Positions 1-10,925 of a DNA stretch of 64,000 nucleotides are shown piece by piece; within the stretch, counting starts at the first letter, position 1; every line of letters starts with the position of its first letter. The position numbers were made by a program, and so were the translations under genes. Under the pieces are notes generated by a model. The model was not told the origin of the DNA. It saw only the letters and a list, made by a program, of their open reading frames with translations, and ran no database searches. This DNA is from Escherichia phage TH09. The stretch lies in the sequence record MT446387.1, one strand, 5' to 3'.

Positions 1-663
1 ACCATTTCCGAAAAAGAAGCACAATGCATGAAGTTTCAGGTCTGGGATTATGTTCCATTAGTAGAAATATATGGTCTTCCTGCATTTCGTTTAAAGTATG
101 ATGTACGTTTTTCTAAACTAGAACAAATGACATCAGGCTATGATAAAGTAATTTTAATTGAAAACCAGGTAGTAAATAACCTAGATGAAGCTAAGGTAAT
201 TTACAAAAAGTATATTGATCAAGGTCTTGAAGGTATTATTCTCAAAAACGTTGATGGGTTATGGGAAAATGCCCGTTCAAAAAATCTCTATAAATTTAAA
301 GAAGTAATTGATGTTGATTTAAAAATTGTAGGAATTTATCCTCACCGTAAAGACCCTACTAAAGCAGGTGGATTTATTCTTGAGTCAGAGTGTGGAAAAA
401 TTAAAGTAAATGCTGGTTCAGGCTTAAAAGATAAAGCCGGCGTAAAATCACATGAGCTTGACCGTACTCGCATTATGGAAAACCAAAATTATTATATTGG
501 AAAAATTCTAGAGTGCGAATGCAACGGTTGGTTAAAATCTGATGGCCGCACTGATTACGTTAAATTATTTCTTCCGATTGCGATTCGTTTACGTGAAGAT
601 AAAACTAAAGCTAATACATTCGAGGATGTATTTGGTGATTTTCATGAGGTAACTGGTCTATGA
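1..663 (+). CDS. 30: ATP-dependent DNA ligase, C-terminal part (5' end lies outside the window)
   Basis: Frame 1 is open from base 1; the 211-aa ORF translation matches the C-terminal region of T4 DNA ligase as recalled (EGIILKNVDGLWENARSKNLYKFKEV...). Confidence 0.9.
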   Translation, partial: TISEKEAQCMKFQVWDYVPLVEIYGLPAFRLKYDVRFSKLEQMTSGYDKVILIENQVVNNLDEAKVIYKKYIDQGLEGIILKNVDGLWENARSKNLYKFKEVIDVDLKIVGIYPHRKDPTKAGGFILESECGKIKVNAGSGLKDKAGVKSHELDRTRIMENQNYYIGKILECECNGWLKSDGRTDYVKLFLPIAIRLREDKTKANTFEDVFGDFHEVTGL

Positions 664-848
664 AAGCTTACTTAGAAACAATTGTCATTGCTCAAAAAGA
701 AGGTGGAGATGTTTCTACTTCTGTATCACAAGTCATTCTCGAATTTGTAGATGCATACGCTTATAATAAATTTACAGAAACATTTGATGCCTATGAAAAA
801 GGACCAAAGTTTGAAATATATCGTACTCTCTTACCACTAGATTACTAA
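660..848 (+). CDS. hypothetical small protein (62 aa)
   Basis: ORF whose ATG overlaps the ligase stop (ATGA); followed by a hairpin terminator. No recognisable motif. Confidence 0.5.
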   Translation: MKAYLETIVIAQKEGGDVSTSVSQVILEFVDAYAYNKFTETFDAYEKGPKFEIYRTLLPLDY

Positions 849-870
849 AGGCCTTCGGGCCTTTAATTTT
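847..870 (+). terminator. hairpin (UUCG loop) plus T-run
   Basis: aaaggccTTCGggccttt followed by aatttt. Confidence 0.6.
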
Positions 871-877
871 ATAAATA
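870..877 (+). promoter_or_regulatory. late promoter TATAAATA (alt)
   Basis: Exact TATAAATA 20 nt upstream of the alt ATG. Confidence 0.7.
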
Positions 878-897
878 GAATAAACACTAGAGAGGCT

Positions 898-2994
898 ATG
901 ATGGAACTTATTACAGAATTATTTGACGAAGATACTACTCTTCCGATTACAAACTTAAATCCAAAGAAGAAAATACCGCAAATTTTTTCAGTTCACGTTG
1001 ATGATGCAATTGAACAGCCAGGCTTTCGTTTATGCACCTATACATCTGGAGGTGATACTAATCGCGATTTAAAGATGGGCGATAAAATGATGCATATTGT
1101 TCCTTTTACATTAACTGCTAAAGGTTCAATTGCTAAATTAAAAGGTCTTGGTCCAAGCCCAATTAATTATATCAATTCAGTTTTTACTGTTGCAATGCAA
1201 ACTATGCGTCAGTATAAAATTGATGCCTGTATGCTCCGTATTCTTAAGTCTAAAACCGCTGGTCAAGCTCGACAAATTCAAGTTATTGCTGATAGACTTA
1301 TCCGTAGTCGTTCAGGTGGTAGATACGTCCTTCTTAAGGAACTCTGGGATTACGATAAAAAGTATGCATATATTCTTATACATCGCAAAAATGTATCACT
1401 AGAAGACATTCCAGGAGTTCCGGAAATTAGTACCGAGCTCTTTACTAAAGTTGAATCAAAGGTCGGTGATGTTTATATCAATAAAGATACTGGAGCTCAA
1501 GTAACTAAAAATGAGGCAATTGCTGCATCTATTGCGCAAGAAAACGATAAACGTTCTGACCAAGCTGTAATCGTTAAAGTTAAAATTTCCCGTAGAGCAA
1601 TTGCACAAAGTCAATCATTAGAATCTTCTAGATTTGAAAGTGAATTATTCCAAAAGTATGAATCTACCGCAGCTAATTTCAATAAACCTGCTACGGCTCC
1701 TTTAATTCCCGAAGCAGAAGAAATGAAGCTTGGAATTAATTCATTAGCTTCTAAAACTAAAGCAGCAAAAATCATTGCCGAAGGAACTGCAGATGAACTT
1801 CATTATGACTATAAATTCTTTTCAAAAAGTGAGGTTAATGAAGTTTCTGAAAAAATTAAAGATGTAATTCTTAATGCGATTAAAAATGAACCAACTACTT
1901 CAATAAAATGTTTAGAGAAATACGCAGCAGCTGTAAATCAATTCTTTGAAGATTATAAAGATAAATGGCTTGCTAATCATAATAAAAATCGTAAAGGACA
2001 ACCAGATGAAGTCTGGGAAGAAATAACTAAAAATTCCTGGAACGCAGCAAAAACTAAATTCCTCAAACGAATGATTTACAGTTTTTCTGGAATTGGTGCT
2101 GGTCCAATGATTGATATTACTATTGCCCGCGATGGTTCTAAATATACTCCATCACAAAAGCGTGGCATTAGAGAATATTGCGGTTCAGGATATACTGACA
2201 TCAATAATCTTCTTTTAGGTCGTTACAATCCAGAACGATATGATGTAATGAGTGAAAAAGAAATTGAATCTGCTATAAATAACTTAGATTCAGCTTTTGA
2301 AAATGGTGACCGCATACCGGAAGGCATCACAGTTTATCGTGCTCAAAGTATGACTGCTCCTATATACGAAGCACTAGTTAAAAATAAAGTGTTCTATTTC
2401 AGAAATTTTGTATCTACTTCTTTAACTCCTATCATTTTTGGACGTTTTGGAATTACACATGCTGGTATTGGTCTTTTAGAACCAGAAGCTCGTAATGAAT
2501 TGACAGTTGATAAAAATGAAGAAGGAATAACTATTAATCCAAACGAAATAAGAGCGTATAAAGAAAATCCTGAATACGTTAAAGTTCAAATAGGATGGGC
2601 AATTGATGGAGCTCATAAAGTTAATGTTGTATATCCAGGAAGTCTCGGAATAGCAACAGAAGCTGAAGTTATTCTACCGCGCGGATTGATGGTCAAAGTT
2701 AATAAAATAACTGATGCTTCTAATAATGACGGAACCACGTCTAATAATACAAAACTCATTCAAGCTGAAGTTATGACCACGGAAGAGCTCACCGAATCGG
2801 TAATCTATGATGGAGACCATTTAATGGAAACCGGCGAAGTAGTTGCAATGACAGGTGATATTGAAATAGAAGACAGAGTTGACTTTGCATCATTTGTTTC
2901 ATCAAATGTTAAACAAAAAGTAGAATCATCTCTTGGAATTATTGCGTCTTGCATAGATATTACAAACATGCCTTACAAGTTCGTTCAAGGATAA
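898..2994 (+). CDS. alt: Alt ADP-ribosyltransferase, capsid-packaged and injected
   Basis: 698-aa ORF; N-terminus MMELITELFDEDTTLPITNL and overall sequence match recalled T4 Alt; ART-like motifs (FYFRNFVSTSL, EAEVILPRG); TATAAATA late promoter 20 nt upstream. Confidence 0.9.
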   Translation: MMELITELFDEDTTLPITNLNPKKKIPQIFSVHVDDAIEQPGFRLCTYTSGGDTNRDLKMGDKMMHIVPFTLTAKGSIAKLKGLGPSPINYINSVFTVAMQTMRQYKIDACMLRILKSKTAGQARQIQVIADRLIRSRSGGRYVLLKELWDYDKKYAYILIHRKNVSLEDIPGVPEISTELFTKVESKVGDVYINKDTGAQVTKNEAIAASIAQENDKRSDQAVIVKVKISRRAIAQSQSLESSRFESELFQKYESTAANFNKPATAPLIPEAEEMKLGINSLASKTKAAKIIAEGTADELHYDYKFFSKSEVNEVSEKIKDVILNAIKNEPTTSIKCLEKYAAAVNQFFEDYKDKWLANHNKNRKGQPDEVWEEITKNSWNAAKTKFLKRMIYSFSGIGAGPMIDITIARDGSKYTPSQKRGIREYCGSGYTDINNLLLGRYNPERYDVMSEKEIESAINNLDSAFENGDRIPEGITVYRAQSMTAPIYEALVKNKVFYFRNFVSTSLTPIIFGRFGITHAGIGLLEPEARNELTVDKNEEGITINPNEIRAYKENPEYVKVQIGWAIDGAHKVNVVYPGSLGIATEAEVILPRGLMVKVNKITDASNNDGTTSNNTKLIQAEVMTTEELTESVIYDGDHLMETGEVVAMTGDIEIEDRVDFASFVSSNVKQKVESSLGIIASCIDITNMPYKFVQG

Positions 2995-2997
2995 ATC

Positions 2998-5055
2998 ATG
3001 GAACTTATTACAGAATTATTTGACGGCGCTTCGGCGCCGGTTGTTAACTTAAATCCTAAGCATAAAATACCGCAAATTTTTGCTATTCAAGCCGGCGAAG
3101 AAAGTGTGCTTCCTGGATTTAGATTTTGTACATACACCTCTGGCGGTGATACAAATAAAAACGTTAAGCCAGGCGATAAAATGATGCATATCGTAATGAT
3201 AGGTGTCAATGAGAAACTATCGCTCGTTAAACTTAAAAACTTGGGTGGAAATCCAATTGGTGTCATTAATGCGGTTTTTGATACTGCTCTTCAAACAATG
3301 AAACAGTATAAAATTGATGCATGCTTATTCCGCGTACTAAAGAGTAAAACAAATGGCGCAGCTCGTCAAATGCAAGTTATTGCTGACCGTTTAGTACGTA
3401 CTAAAGGAGCAGGTCGATATGCTCTTTTAAAGGAAATCTGGGATTACGATAAAAAGTATGCATATATTATGGTTTACCGTAAAAATGCCAATTTAGAAGA
3501 CATTCCAGGTGTACCTCCTATTTCAACTGAGTTATTCACAAAAGTTGAATCAAAGGTTGGTGATGTTTATGTAGACGTTAAAACAGGTAATGCTGTTCCT
3601 AAAGCTGTTGCTGTTGCTGCTTCTATTGCCTTAGAAAATGATAAGCGCACGGATCAAGCTGTTATTCAGAAAACTAAAATTAGTCGTCGATTAGCAGCAC
3701 AAGCTCAATATTCTACTGTTGATGCTTCACTTCAGGGTGATAGCTTCGCTGCTAAGAAATATCAAGAGTTTGAATCTAAAGTTCCGGTATATAAAGCAGA
3801 AGGACCAATGAACTCCGGGGTTATCCAGATTGGTTCAAACTTTAACAAAGGAGCTATCGGTGGTATGAGAAGTGCTTCTCGTTTTAAATCTAATGATTAT
3901 GAACTAGAAAGTTTCCGAAATCATATTGCATTAGCCCATGCGCGTTTACGTGATCCATCTATCAAGTTGCAGAGCGATATAACATATCAAGGTTCTCAAG
4001 AATATTTAAAGAATAAAGAATTCTTTGATTATAAAACTGATAAAATTTTAAGCGATCTTGCTGACATTAATATTTCTAATAGCTTTGATGTTATTAAGAA
4101 AATTATCAATGATTTAGTTAAAGGTTCTAAAGCTACACCAGATGAAAAGACAGCTATTATTCAATTTGTCATGAATGGCATTTATAAATTGATTAATGAA
4201 TCTGCCGCTCAGGCATATGAATACGCGAGCACCGAAGTAACTCCAAAAGGATTAACTCAAGCTGAATCTGATGTAATTGAAGATTATTGTGCAGATTCAT
4301 ATGTTGAAATGAACTCGTTCCTTTTGGGTAAACCAGATTCTACCCGCGAAGAATATATGGAACGAGCTATTAAACATATTGAGACGCTTGATTCTGCATT
4401 CGCTAAAGGTTCAGTTCTTCCTCCAGGAACTACACTTTACCGTGGACAAGAAGTTACATTTAAAACTTTGCGTCATAACATTGAAAACAAAATGTTCTAT
4501 TTCAAGAACTTCGTATCCACATCGCTTAAACCAAATATCTTCGGTGAGCATGGTAAAAACTATATGGCCTTAGATGATTCCGGCGCAGTATTTTCTGGTG
4601 AAGGAGAAGGTTCCGTTGATGCAGAAGATTTGATGCATATGGGTAGTCATTCTACATATGCTAGTGAAGATGCCGAAACTAGCGTGGGTATGGTAATTAA
4701 AGGAGCTGAGCGAATCAAAGTTATCGTTCCAGGTCATTTATCAGGATTTCCATCAGAAGCTGAAGTTATTCTACCACGTGGAATTTTACTGAAGATTAAT
4801 AAAGTAAGTACGTACTTTATGAAAGAAACTGCTTATAACAAGTATCTAATCGAAGGTACAATCGTTCCTCCTTCTGAACAATTAGAGGAATCAGTATATG
4901 ATGGCGACCATTTGATGGAAACTGGTGAAGTTCGTCCAATGACTGGATTTAATCAATTCCTTGTCGAAGAATCAAAAGAAGAGGAAAACGAAGTTTCTCA
5001 AATCTTAGCTTCTTTGGTTAACATTAACGGAATGTCTAAAAAGTTCAAAATGTAG
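2998..5055 (+). CDS. Alt-like ADP-ribosyltransferase paralog
   Basis: 685-aa ORF starting 4 nt after the alt stop. N-terminal ~220 aa and C-terminal ART region (FYFKNFVSTSL, SEAEVILPRG, YDGDHLMETGEV) are clearly paralogous to the upstream Alt; the middle region is divergent. Confidence 0.8.
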   Translation: MELITELFDGASAPVVNLNPKHKIPQIFAIQAGEESVLPGFRFCTYTSGGDTNKNVKPGDKMMHIVMIGVNEKLSLVKLKNLGGNPIGVINAVFDTALQTMKQYKIDACLFRVLKSKTNGAARQMQVIADRLVRTKGAGRYALLKEIWDYDKKYAYIMVYRKNANLEDIPGVPPISTELFTKVESKVGDVYVDVKTGNAVPKAVAVAASIALENDKRTDQAVIQKTKISRRLAAQAQYSTVDASLQGDSFAAKKYQEFESKVPVYKAEGPMNSGVIQIGSNFNKGAIGGMRSASRFKSNDYELESFRNHIALAHARLRDPSIKLQSDITYQGSQEYLKNKEFFDYKTDKILSDLADINISNSFDVIKKIINDLVKGSKATPDEKTAIIQFVMNGIYKLINESAAQAYEYASTEVTPKGLTQAESDVIEDYCADSYVEMNSFLLGKPDSTREEYMERAIKHIETLDSAFAKGSVLPPGTTLYRGQEVTFKTLRHNIENKMFYFKNFVSTSLKPNIFGEHGKNYMALDDSGAVFSGEGEGSVDAEDLMHMGSHSTYASEDAETSVGMVIKGAERIKVIVPGHLSGFPSEAEVILPRGILLKINKVSTYFMKETAYNKYLIEGTIVPPSEQLEESVYDGDHLMETGEVRPMTGFNQFLVEESKEEENEVSQILASLVNINGMSKKFKM

Positions 5056-5084
5056 TTTACAAGTCCCTCGTGTTGTGTTATAGT
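5055..5084 (+). promoter_or_regulatory. early-type promoter (GTTTAC, 18 nt, TATAGT) with overlapping inverted repeat
   Basis: Sequence match to the T-even early promoter pattern upstream of the 96-aa ORF. Confidence 0.5.
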
Positions 5085-5115
5085 AATCTTACTGACATAA
5101 CATGAGGAACACAAA

Positions 5116-5406
5116 ATGAAATCTTCTTTGCGCTTTTTAGGTCAAGAACTTGTAGTTGAAGGCGTTATTCCTGCTGATAATGCTTTTAATGAAGCAGTTT
5201 ACGATGAATTTATCAAAATTTTTGGAACAGATAAAAAGTTCGGAATTTTTCCTTCTGAAAATTTTTCAAAGCCAGAACAGACTGAAAGCATTTTCCAAGG
5301 TGTAGTAACAGGTAAATTTGAGTCAGAAGCTCCGGTAAAAATTGAAGTTTATATTGAAGACAGTTTAGTTGCTTCAGTTGCTGCTTTTATTTCATTCCGT
5401 AAATAA
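5116..5406 (+). CDS. hypothetical protein (96 aa)
   Basis: ORF preceded by an early-type promoter (GTTTAC, 18 nt, TATAGT) and followed by a bidirectional hairpin. Confidence 0.5.
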   Translation: MKSSLRFLGQELVVEGVIPADNAFNEAVYDEFIKIFGTDKKFGIFPSENFSKPEQTESIFQGVVTGKFESEAPVKIEVYIEDSLVASVAAFISFRK

Positions 5407-5411
5407 AAATA

Positions 5412-5432
5412 TGGGGACCTTTCGGTCCCCAT
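5412..5432. terminator. bidirectional hairpin between convergent genes
   Basis: atggggacc-tttc-ggtccccat with A/T runs on both sides. Confidence 0.65.
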
Positions 5433-5434
5433 TG

Positions 5435-6400
5435 TTATATTGCTCCTAATATTTTACTTTGCGAGTTGACAATTCCCGTCATAGTATTAATGTTTGAAAT
5501 GCTTCCAGCAGTTCCTCCTAATCTACTAAGTCGTGAAAGCGAATTAGATAATCCAGTAACACCTCCACTATTTCCGAGAACACTTTGAATGCCATTTATA
5601 GCAGCAGATTCAAGCCACTCAAGCGCAGCTTGTCTATCAACCGACCCAGCCTGCATGACTCTATACGCAAAAGTAACATCAAATGTAGTTATTTGGTTAT
5701 CTCCATCATATGATAACTCAGGAGCGCTCACTGACACTGGAATGCATCCGGTGAACATCACCGCAGTATGAGGTAATCCATTACGAGCATGAAGATTAAC
5801 CTGAATATCTGCCTCGACATCCTGTGGCAAAGCACGCAATCCAGTTACTGGGTCTTGAACAGAGTTAACCCAGTCTTGCATTGCACGATAGTTACAAGCT
5901 TCTGAATCCATTCTAAATGAAATAACCAAAGGGTCTAATTCTCTTCCGGTTATACGAATATTAGGAGAATTATAGTTCCAGTCAGTTTCATAAGATAATC
6001 TATTCTCTGGCATTTTTACAGAGTATATCATCAATCCAGATGAGTTATATGCCATGTTAAAGAAGTCAATTAAATATGTACCAACTGTAAATGAGCCCAA
6101 TAAACTTTGAACTGTACGTTGACTCATGGCACCAATAAGATATTTACTAACCCCTGATTTTCTTATCAGTTTTTGTGTGCCAGCAGTAATTAGCGTGGTA
6201 ATTCCCTGATTAATATCGCCTTGAGACAATCCTAACCAGTCTGAATTTAGACCCAAGTTATTATAAGAAAAGTTGCTAATTGAACTTATCAACGAAGAGC
6301 TTTTAGTTGATGGAGTTGTCGCAAAAACGCAGCTAAACATATTATTACGTTGGAAATCTGCGTTTATTGCTTGATTATTAAATTCCTCTAAAGAATACAT
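5435..6400 (-). CDS. 54: baseplate tail-tube initiator gp54
   Basis: 321-aa ORF; position and length match T4 gp54; recalled sequence similarity. Confidence 0.85.
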   Translation of the reverse strand: MYSLEEFNNQAINADFQRNNMFSCVFATTPSTKSSSLISSISNFSYNNLGLNSDWLGLSQGDINQGITTLITAGTQKLIRKSGVSKYLIGAMSQRTVQSLLGSFTVGTYLIDFFNMAYNSSGLMIYSVKMPENRLSYETDWNYNSPNIRITGRELDPLVISFRMDSEACNYRAMQDWVNSVQDPVTGLRALPQDVEADIQVNLHARNGLPHTAVMFTGCIPVSVSAPELSYDGDNQITTFDVTFAYRVMQAGSVDRQAALEWLESAAINGIQSVLGNSGGVTGLSNSLSRLSRLGGTAGSISNINTMTGIVNSQSKILGAI

Positions 6401-7494
6401 TAAAAAGTCCCCGCATATAAAGAAGCACGGTTTAACGTGATAATTTCTCTCATAGTAATCTCGAGAGTAAATGTACTAGGGAGGTTTGGAGCAATAGCTA
6501 ATCCGTTAAAGTTACCATTAGGCGTTTTATCAAATCTAATGCTTTGTATTTGGCATGGACCAAATATTTCCGTTTTTCCATCAAACTTAGATGTTGCACC
6601 AAAGTTTTTCACCATCCAAATTGTCGGGTTTGAAACTACTAGAACGTTAGTTAAACTCGATGTCATTTTCTCAAATAGTGTTTTATTTTTAGCTGCGTCT
6701 TCCGGAGATAAAGGTTCAATTAACGTAGAACGATACCAATCATCTAAATACCCCTTTATTTCAGCAGCATATTGAGATTTACCAGTTTCACCATAAGAAA
6801 AATAGTTAAAATATTGATAGATATTAATAATAGCCATTAAATCTTCTGTTGAACGTGGAGTCAAATCCCAAGTAAACACTTTAGTTCTATTTTCAGCACC
6901 ACCATACATACTTCGAGCCGTAGTGTATATTTGTTCATTATTATCAGCCATTATACCTTGTGTTATACTTTCCAGTGCTCCAAATACTGCAGTTGAAGCA
7001 ATATTACTTAGCACACCAGTAGCAGTACCTCCGCCTCTGCTGATAAGACTTTCTTGAACATCATTAAATCTATGTGATGATGTATCAACATCGGATTTAG
7101 ATCTTGGTAAAAGAATATTTGCAACAGGGGCTTTACTTATTGTTCCTGAATTATTATCTGATATTAATCCATTTGACAGTTTTGATACTGTATTACTGAT
7201 AGTGTTTCTGGCTGTACGTAAAATACTCGAAGATGAAGAAGAGTAGTTAGATCTCATCGATCTAAGACTTCCAGAATCCCTAGATGACATATTGTATGCA
7301 GTAAATAATAATCCATTCTTATATAGATCTGTTACCTGGAAGTCCCCTGTAGTGTCATTACCACTAGCACGCCCAGTTGGAAACTGGGCTGTGTATGTTT
7401 TAGTTCCTACTTCTGATTTAGTACTCTGTCCGGCTGAAATTTTCTCACCGGACTTTTTAATTAAATCAGCAGTTATTTCTTTAACAATTGCCAT
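6400..7494 (-). CDS. 48: baseplate tail-tube junction protein gp48
   Basis: 364-aa ORF, same length as T4 gp48; conserved position between 54 and 29. Confidence 0.85.
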   Translation of the reverse strand: MAIVKEITADLIKKSGEKISAGQSTKSEVGTKTYTAQFPTGRASGNDTTGDFQVTDLYKNGLLFTAYNMSSRDSGSLRSMRSNYSSSSSSILRTARNTISNTVSKLSNGLISDNNSGTISKAPVANILLPRSKSDVDTSSHRFNDVQESLISRGGGTATGVLSNIASTAVFGALESITQGIMADNNEQIYTTARSMYGGAENRTKVFTWDLTPRSTEDLMAIINIYQYFNYFSYGETGKSQYAAEIKGYLDDWYRSTLIEPLSPEDAAKNKTLFEKMTSSLTNVLVVSNPTIWMVKNFGATSKFDGKTEIFGPCQIQSIRFDKTPNGNFNGLAIAPNLPSTFTLEITMREIITLNRASLYAGTF

Positions 7495-7502
7495 ATTATT
7501 CC

Positions 7503-9275
7503 TTAATTAACCCCAGTCGCATCAAATACACCAGGAGCAGTTGTGCTTGTGACAGGTGTCATATTATGAACGACAGTATTTTTCTTAATAACATTATTAG
7601 TATTGTTGATTGAAGGAGATGCTTGTTGAACAGGAGCTTGCTGTGCTTTGTTCTTTTCTATTACCTGGACTTGTTTTGCTTCTGGCGATTTAGCAGAAGT
7701 TTCAGGTTTGGCATTAGGCTGATTTTTCTTGAGCTCTTGATAAGTAGCATCAATTTTAGAAAATCTAGCAGCAAGTTCTTTTTTAACTGCCGGTGAATTA
7801 TTTAAATCCGGGTCATCCATCCGTTTTTTAAGGTCTTCATAGGCAGATTCAACAGATTTAACCGTTGAGTCTTTACTCATATCAGCTGAATCAGCATATT
7901 TTTCAAAGCGAATCATTGCGGCACGGGCTTCATTAGCCTTCATTAAAGCATTTTTTCTTTCTTCAGGTGAAAGTTGCTTTAATTTTTCTTCTTCTGCTGC
8001 ACGTTCTTCGTCGGTAGTCAGTGCTTCTTTATTATCTACACCACGAATCCAATTAGATGCACGAGTTTTCCAATTAGCAATTTTATCTAATCCTTTTGCT
8101 ATCGGACCAAGGTCTCCGTTCATTCGTTTATCTTGATAATTTGCAACTTTTTCCTGGTCTTCTTTATTGAGAGATGCTCCAGTAGAATTTTGGAAATTTT
8201 CTAATGCTCTTCCTTCTACTTCATCAGCAGTATCCTTCATACCAGGAATGACTCGAAGAATTGCTGCAGATAATTTAGCCATACCTAATTGAATAAGTTC
8301 ACCTAAATTAAAAAGAACACTTCCGAGTCCTTCAACAATAGCTGCTGTCAATCCACCCCAATCTCCCGCTTCCCAAAGTTGTTTAATTTTATCAATAGAA
8401 TCAAAGATGCTCTGTAATAAAGGACCCCATGTTCCGGTTTCGCTAGAGAATTTAGTAAAGTCAGTATTAAATAAATCCCAGGCTTTTGAAAATTTATCTG
8501 ACCAGTATTTAAAATGAACCATCAACAGGTCTATTCCAACAACAACAGCCAATATCATTGCAGTCATTTTAGCAGCTTCAATAGCAGCACTGATGGTGTA
8601 CTTAAATAACATGCTTGATATTTTATCAGTAATTGAAATGGATTTTTTAAATCCGAAATCAACAGTCTTCGTTAATTTATCTAAAGCTTGAGATAATTTT
8701 AAGTTAAATGCTTCTTTTTTCTGTTTTTCTTCTGGCGATTCTTGTTTGGGTTCAACTGGCTGAGGGGTAGGGAAAAAATCAGCGTCAGGATCATTATTAA
8801 CTGCTTCAGGGGCCGGTAATAAAGGACCCACAGATTCAGCTGTATCATCCTCAACAACTTTAACAGGAATAGCGCTTTCAACCGTGGCTAAACTGGTTCC
8901 TGTTTGTTGAATTCCAGCTGTCTGAATTTTTTGTTCTAATAAACTCGTTAATTTATCTAATTTGCTTCCGAGTGATTCACCAATTTCTTTATTAATATTG
9001 TTGCCAATTTCGACAGTTTCAGCAATTAACTCAGAACCGGCAGTAGTATCACTCACTGCGCTTTCTACGTTATCAATTGCTCCAATTATTTCATTCGATT
9101 TTTCTTCGACAGTTTGAGCTATTAATTCAGAGGCAGCTTGAGCATCATCCAATTTCGTAGATATATCGTTAAGTCCAGATAAAGTGTTGGAAGCGGATTT
9201 AGCCGCTTCCTGTGTTGGTTTATTATCTGAAATAACTTTTCTACGCATCGTTTGCATTTCTTGTGGCTTTTTCAT
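7503..9275 (-). CDS. 29: baseplate hub / tail length determinator gp29
   Basis: 590-aa ORF, same length as T4 gp29; conserved position in the hub block. Confidence 0.85.
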   Translation of the reverse strand: MKKPQEMQTMRRKVISDNKPTQEAAKSASNTLSGLNDISTKLDDAQAASELIAQTVEEKSNEIIGAIDNVESAVSDTTAGSELIAETVEIGNNINKEIGESLGSKLDKLTSLLEQKIQTAGIQQTGTSLATVESAIPVKVVEDDTAESVGPLLPAPEAVNNDPDADFFPTPQPVEPKQESPEEKQKKEAFNLKLSQALDKLTKTVDFGFKKSISITDKISSMLFKYTISAAIEAAKMTAMILAVVVGIDLLMVHFKYWSDKFSKAWDLFNTDFTKFSSETGTWGPLLQSIFDSIDKIKQLWEAGDWGGLTAAIVEGLGSVLFNLGELIQLGMAKLSAAILRVIPGMKDTADEVEGRALENFQNSTGASLNKEDQEKVANYQDKRMNGDLGPIAKGLDKIANWKTRASNWIRGVDNKEALTTDEERAAEEEKLKQLSPEERKNALMKANEARAAMIRFEKYADSADMSKDSTVKSVESAYEDLKKRMDDPDLNNSPAVKKELAARFSKIDATYQELKKNQPNAKPETSAKSPEAKQVQVIEKNKAQQAPVQQASPSINNTNNVIKKNTVVHNMTPVTSTTAPGVFDATGVN

Positions 9276-9805
9276 TCAAATAATCCAATAATATTGCCAA
9301 TTCCGGTTATTGGACCATTAGGGCCAGGAATTGCTAAAGTTGTAAAAATATCATTTGCCCATTTTAAAACGAATGCTGGCATCTCAAGAAAATTAATTTC
9401 TTTAACTTCATCATTGACCTTAAGCAAGCATTTAGATAACATATCGCTCACCGTTAAAAATTGTTCAAATTTTCCAGGAGGTCTAAAATAAAATGTATTT
9501 CCTTGGTATTGAAATTCCAATCTTTGGCATACATAAACATCATTAATGTCATAAGTATAACCATCTATTTCTTTACGAGATTTAATCTTTCCATTAAATT
9601 CCAATAGATGAATAGAAACGAAATCAACTTCTGCCGGTGATAAATTCGGACAAATAGAATCAATAAGAAGTTTTAAATTTTCATCAGGACCTTTAACATC
9701 TTTTAAAATGTTATAGTGTTTAAGACCCATTTTAGGAATAGAAACTTCTTTATTGCTTATTGGAAGAACTACTTTCTTCAGTGGTAGTATCAGATTTAAA
9801 TTCAT
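9272..9805 (-). CDS. 28: baseplate hub distal subunit gp28
   Basis: 177-aa ORF, T4 gp28 length; its start overlaps the 3' end of gene 27 by 56 nt. Confidence 0.8.
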   Translation of the reverse strand: MNLNLILPLKKVVLPISNKEVSIPKMGLKHYNILKDVKGPDENLKLLIDSICPNLSPAEVDFVSIHLLEFNGKIKSRKEIDGYTYDINDVYVCQRLEFQYQGNTFYFRPPGKFEQFLTVSDMLSKCLLKVNDEVKEINFLEMPAFVLKWANDIFTTLAIPGPNGPITGIGNIIGLFE

Positions 9806-10925
9806 TTTTAACCTTAACTGGGTCTATTGTTTCCAGTTTCGTTGCATTAGTGAACATATATAGATGAGTTACTGAATTATTATTGGATAATTCATGGATG
9901 ACTTCATCAACGTAAAATTCTGTTTTAAATTGGTTTTTACTATCATTAAAAATAATTTTAACGCCAGGAGTCAAGTTAAAATTACCGACAGTAGAACATT
10001 TAGCATAGCCATCGTATTGCGCCATAGTTTGAAGACGAATAGCTTCTTCATAGCCATTCCTATAAGTCATTTCAGAATAAGCACCTGACCTTGACACTAC
10101 AATAGAGTTTTCGCCCTTTCCCGTAGTAATCATTGGCAATGAAGAATCTAAAAATGAATGCGCATAGATAGTAGCATTTTTCATTGGGTCACGTTTGTGA
10201 GGATTCGATTTAGTCAACCAAACGAAATCATATGCTAATGGATATTTTAATTCTTGGATGAATTGACCTATTAAAGATGGCTCGCCGACAATCATTGGAT
10301 ATGGTTCTTGATTTATCATCATATCATAGTCCATCATGTTAACTCCCATGATGTCTTGCCATACAAATACAAATTTGTCGCTTCCTACAGCTAGAGCAAC
10401 TTCTCTTACATATGACAAATAGTTTTCAAATGTGCTAGTCCATGGAATATCAGGAACATAAGCATTTATAGCATTTATTGCTGGAGTTAATAATGTGCGA
10501 TCCTGATAAATGACACCAAGCATTTCTTTTATAGATTCACCTGCATCAGGGAAAAATGGTCTACCAAATTTAAGATTTTCTATAGAATGAATAGTTCCCA
10601 ATTCAATAGCAATGATGTTATCACCTTTTGAATCTACTGACACGGAAAAATGCTTGCATCCATAAATTCGTGTTTTAACATTATTAATATCGTTTGCATT
10701 AGCTACAGAAATTTGAATTATTTCATTTCCATCCATTTTTGTGTGGATATTTTTAGAATCATAAAACTGCAGCATTCCTTCATTTCGTCCATAAAGAGAA
10801 TCCCGCATAGTTAATGTGGTAATAGTAGCAGCTAATTCAACAAATCTATTATTACTCCAAGCGTCGTAGCTATCAAATAATTTAACGCTGAGATTTGGAT
10901 ATCCTGGGCGTTGCAACATACTCAT
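9750..10925 (-). CDS. 27: baseplate hub subunit gp27
   Basis: 391-aa ORF, T4 gp27 length and position. Confidence 0.85.
   Translation of the reverse strand: MSMLQRPGYPNLSVKLFDSYDAWSNNRFVELAATITTLTMRDSLYGRNEGMLQFYDSKNIHTKMDGNEIIQISVANANDINNVKTRIYGCKHFSVSVDSKGDNIIAIELGTIHSIENLKFGRPFFPDAGESIKEMLGVIYQDRTLLTPAINAINAYVPDIPWTSTFENYLSYVREVALAVGSDKFVFVWQDIMGVNMMDYDMMINQEPYPMIVGEPSLIGQFIQELKYPLAYDFVWLTKSNPHKRDPMKNATIYAHSFLDSSLPMITTGKGENSIVVSRSGAYSEMTYRNGYEEAIRLQTMAQYDGYAKCSTVGNFNLTPGVKIIFNDSKNQFKTEFYVDEVIHELSNNNSVTHLYMFTNATKLETIDPVKVKNEFKSDTTTEESSSSNKQ

Noticed and set aside
1148-1402. 84-aa ORF inside alt in another frame
   Set aside because: Fully embedded in a well-supported gene; low-complexity Leu/Val-rich translation; no start context.
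4379-4573. 64-aa ORF inside the Alt paralog
   Set aside because: Embedded alternative-frame ORF with no ribosome-binding site.
6437-6775. 112-aa plus-strand ORF antisense to gene 48
   Set aside because: Antisense to a conserved structural gene; typical spurious ORF in AT-rich sequence.
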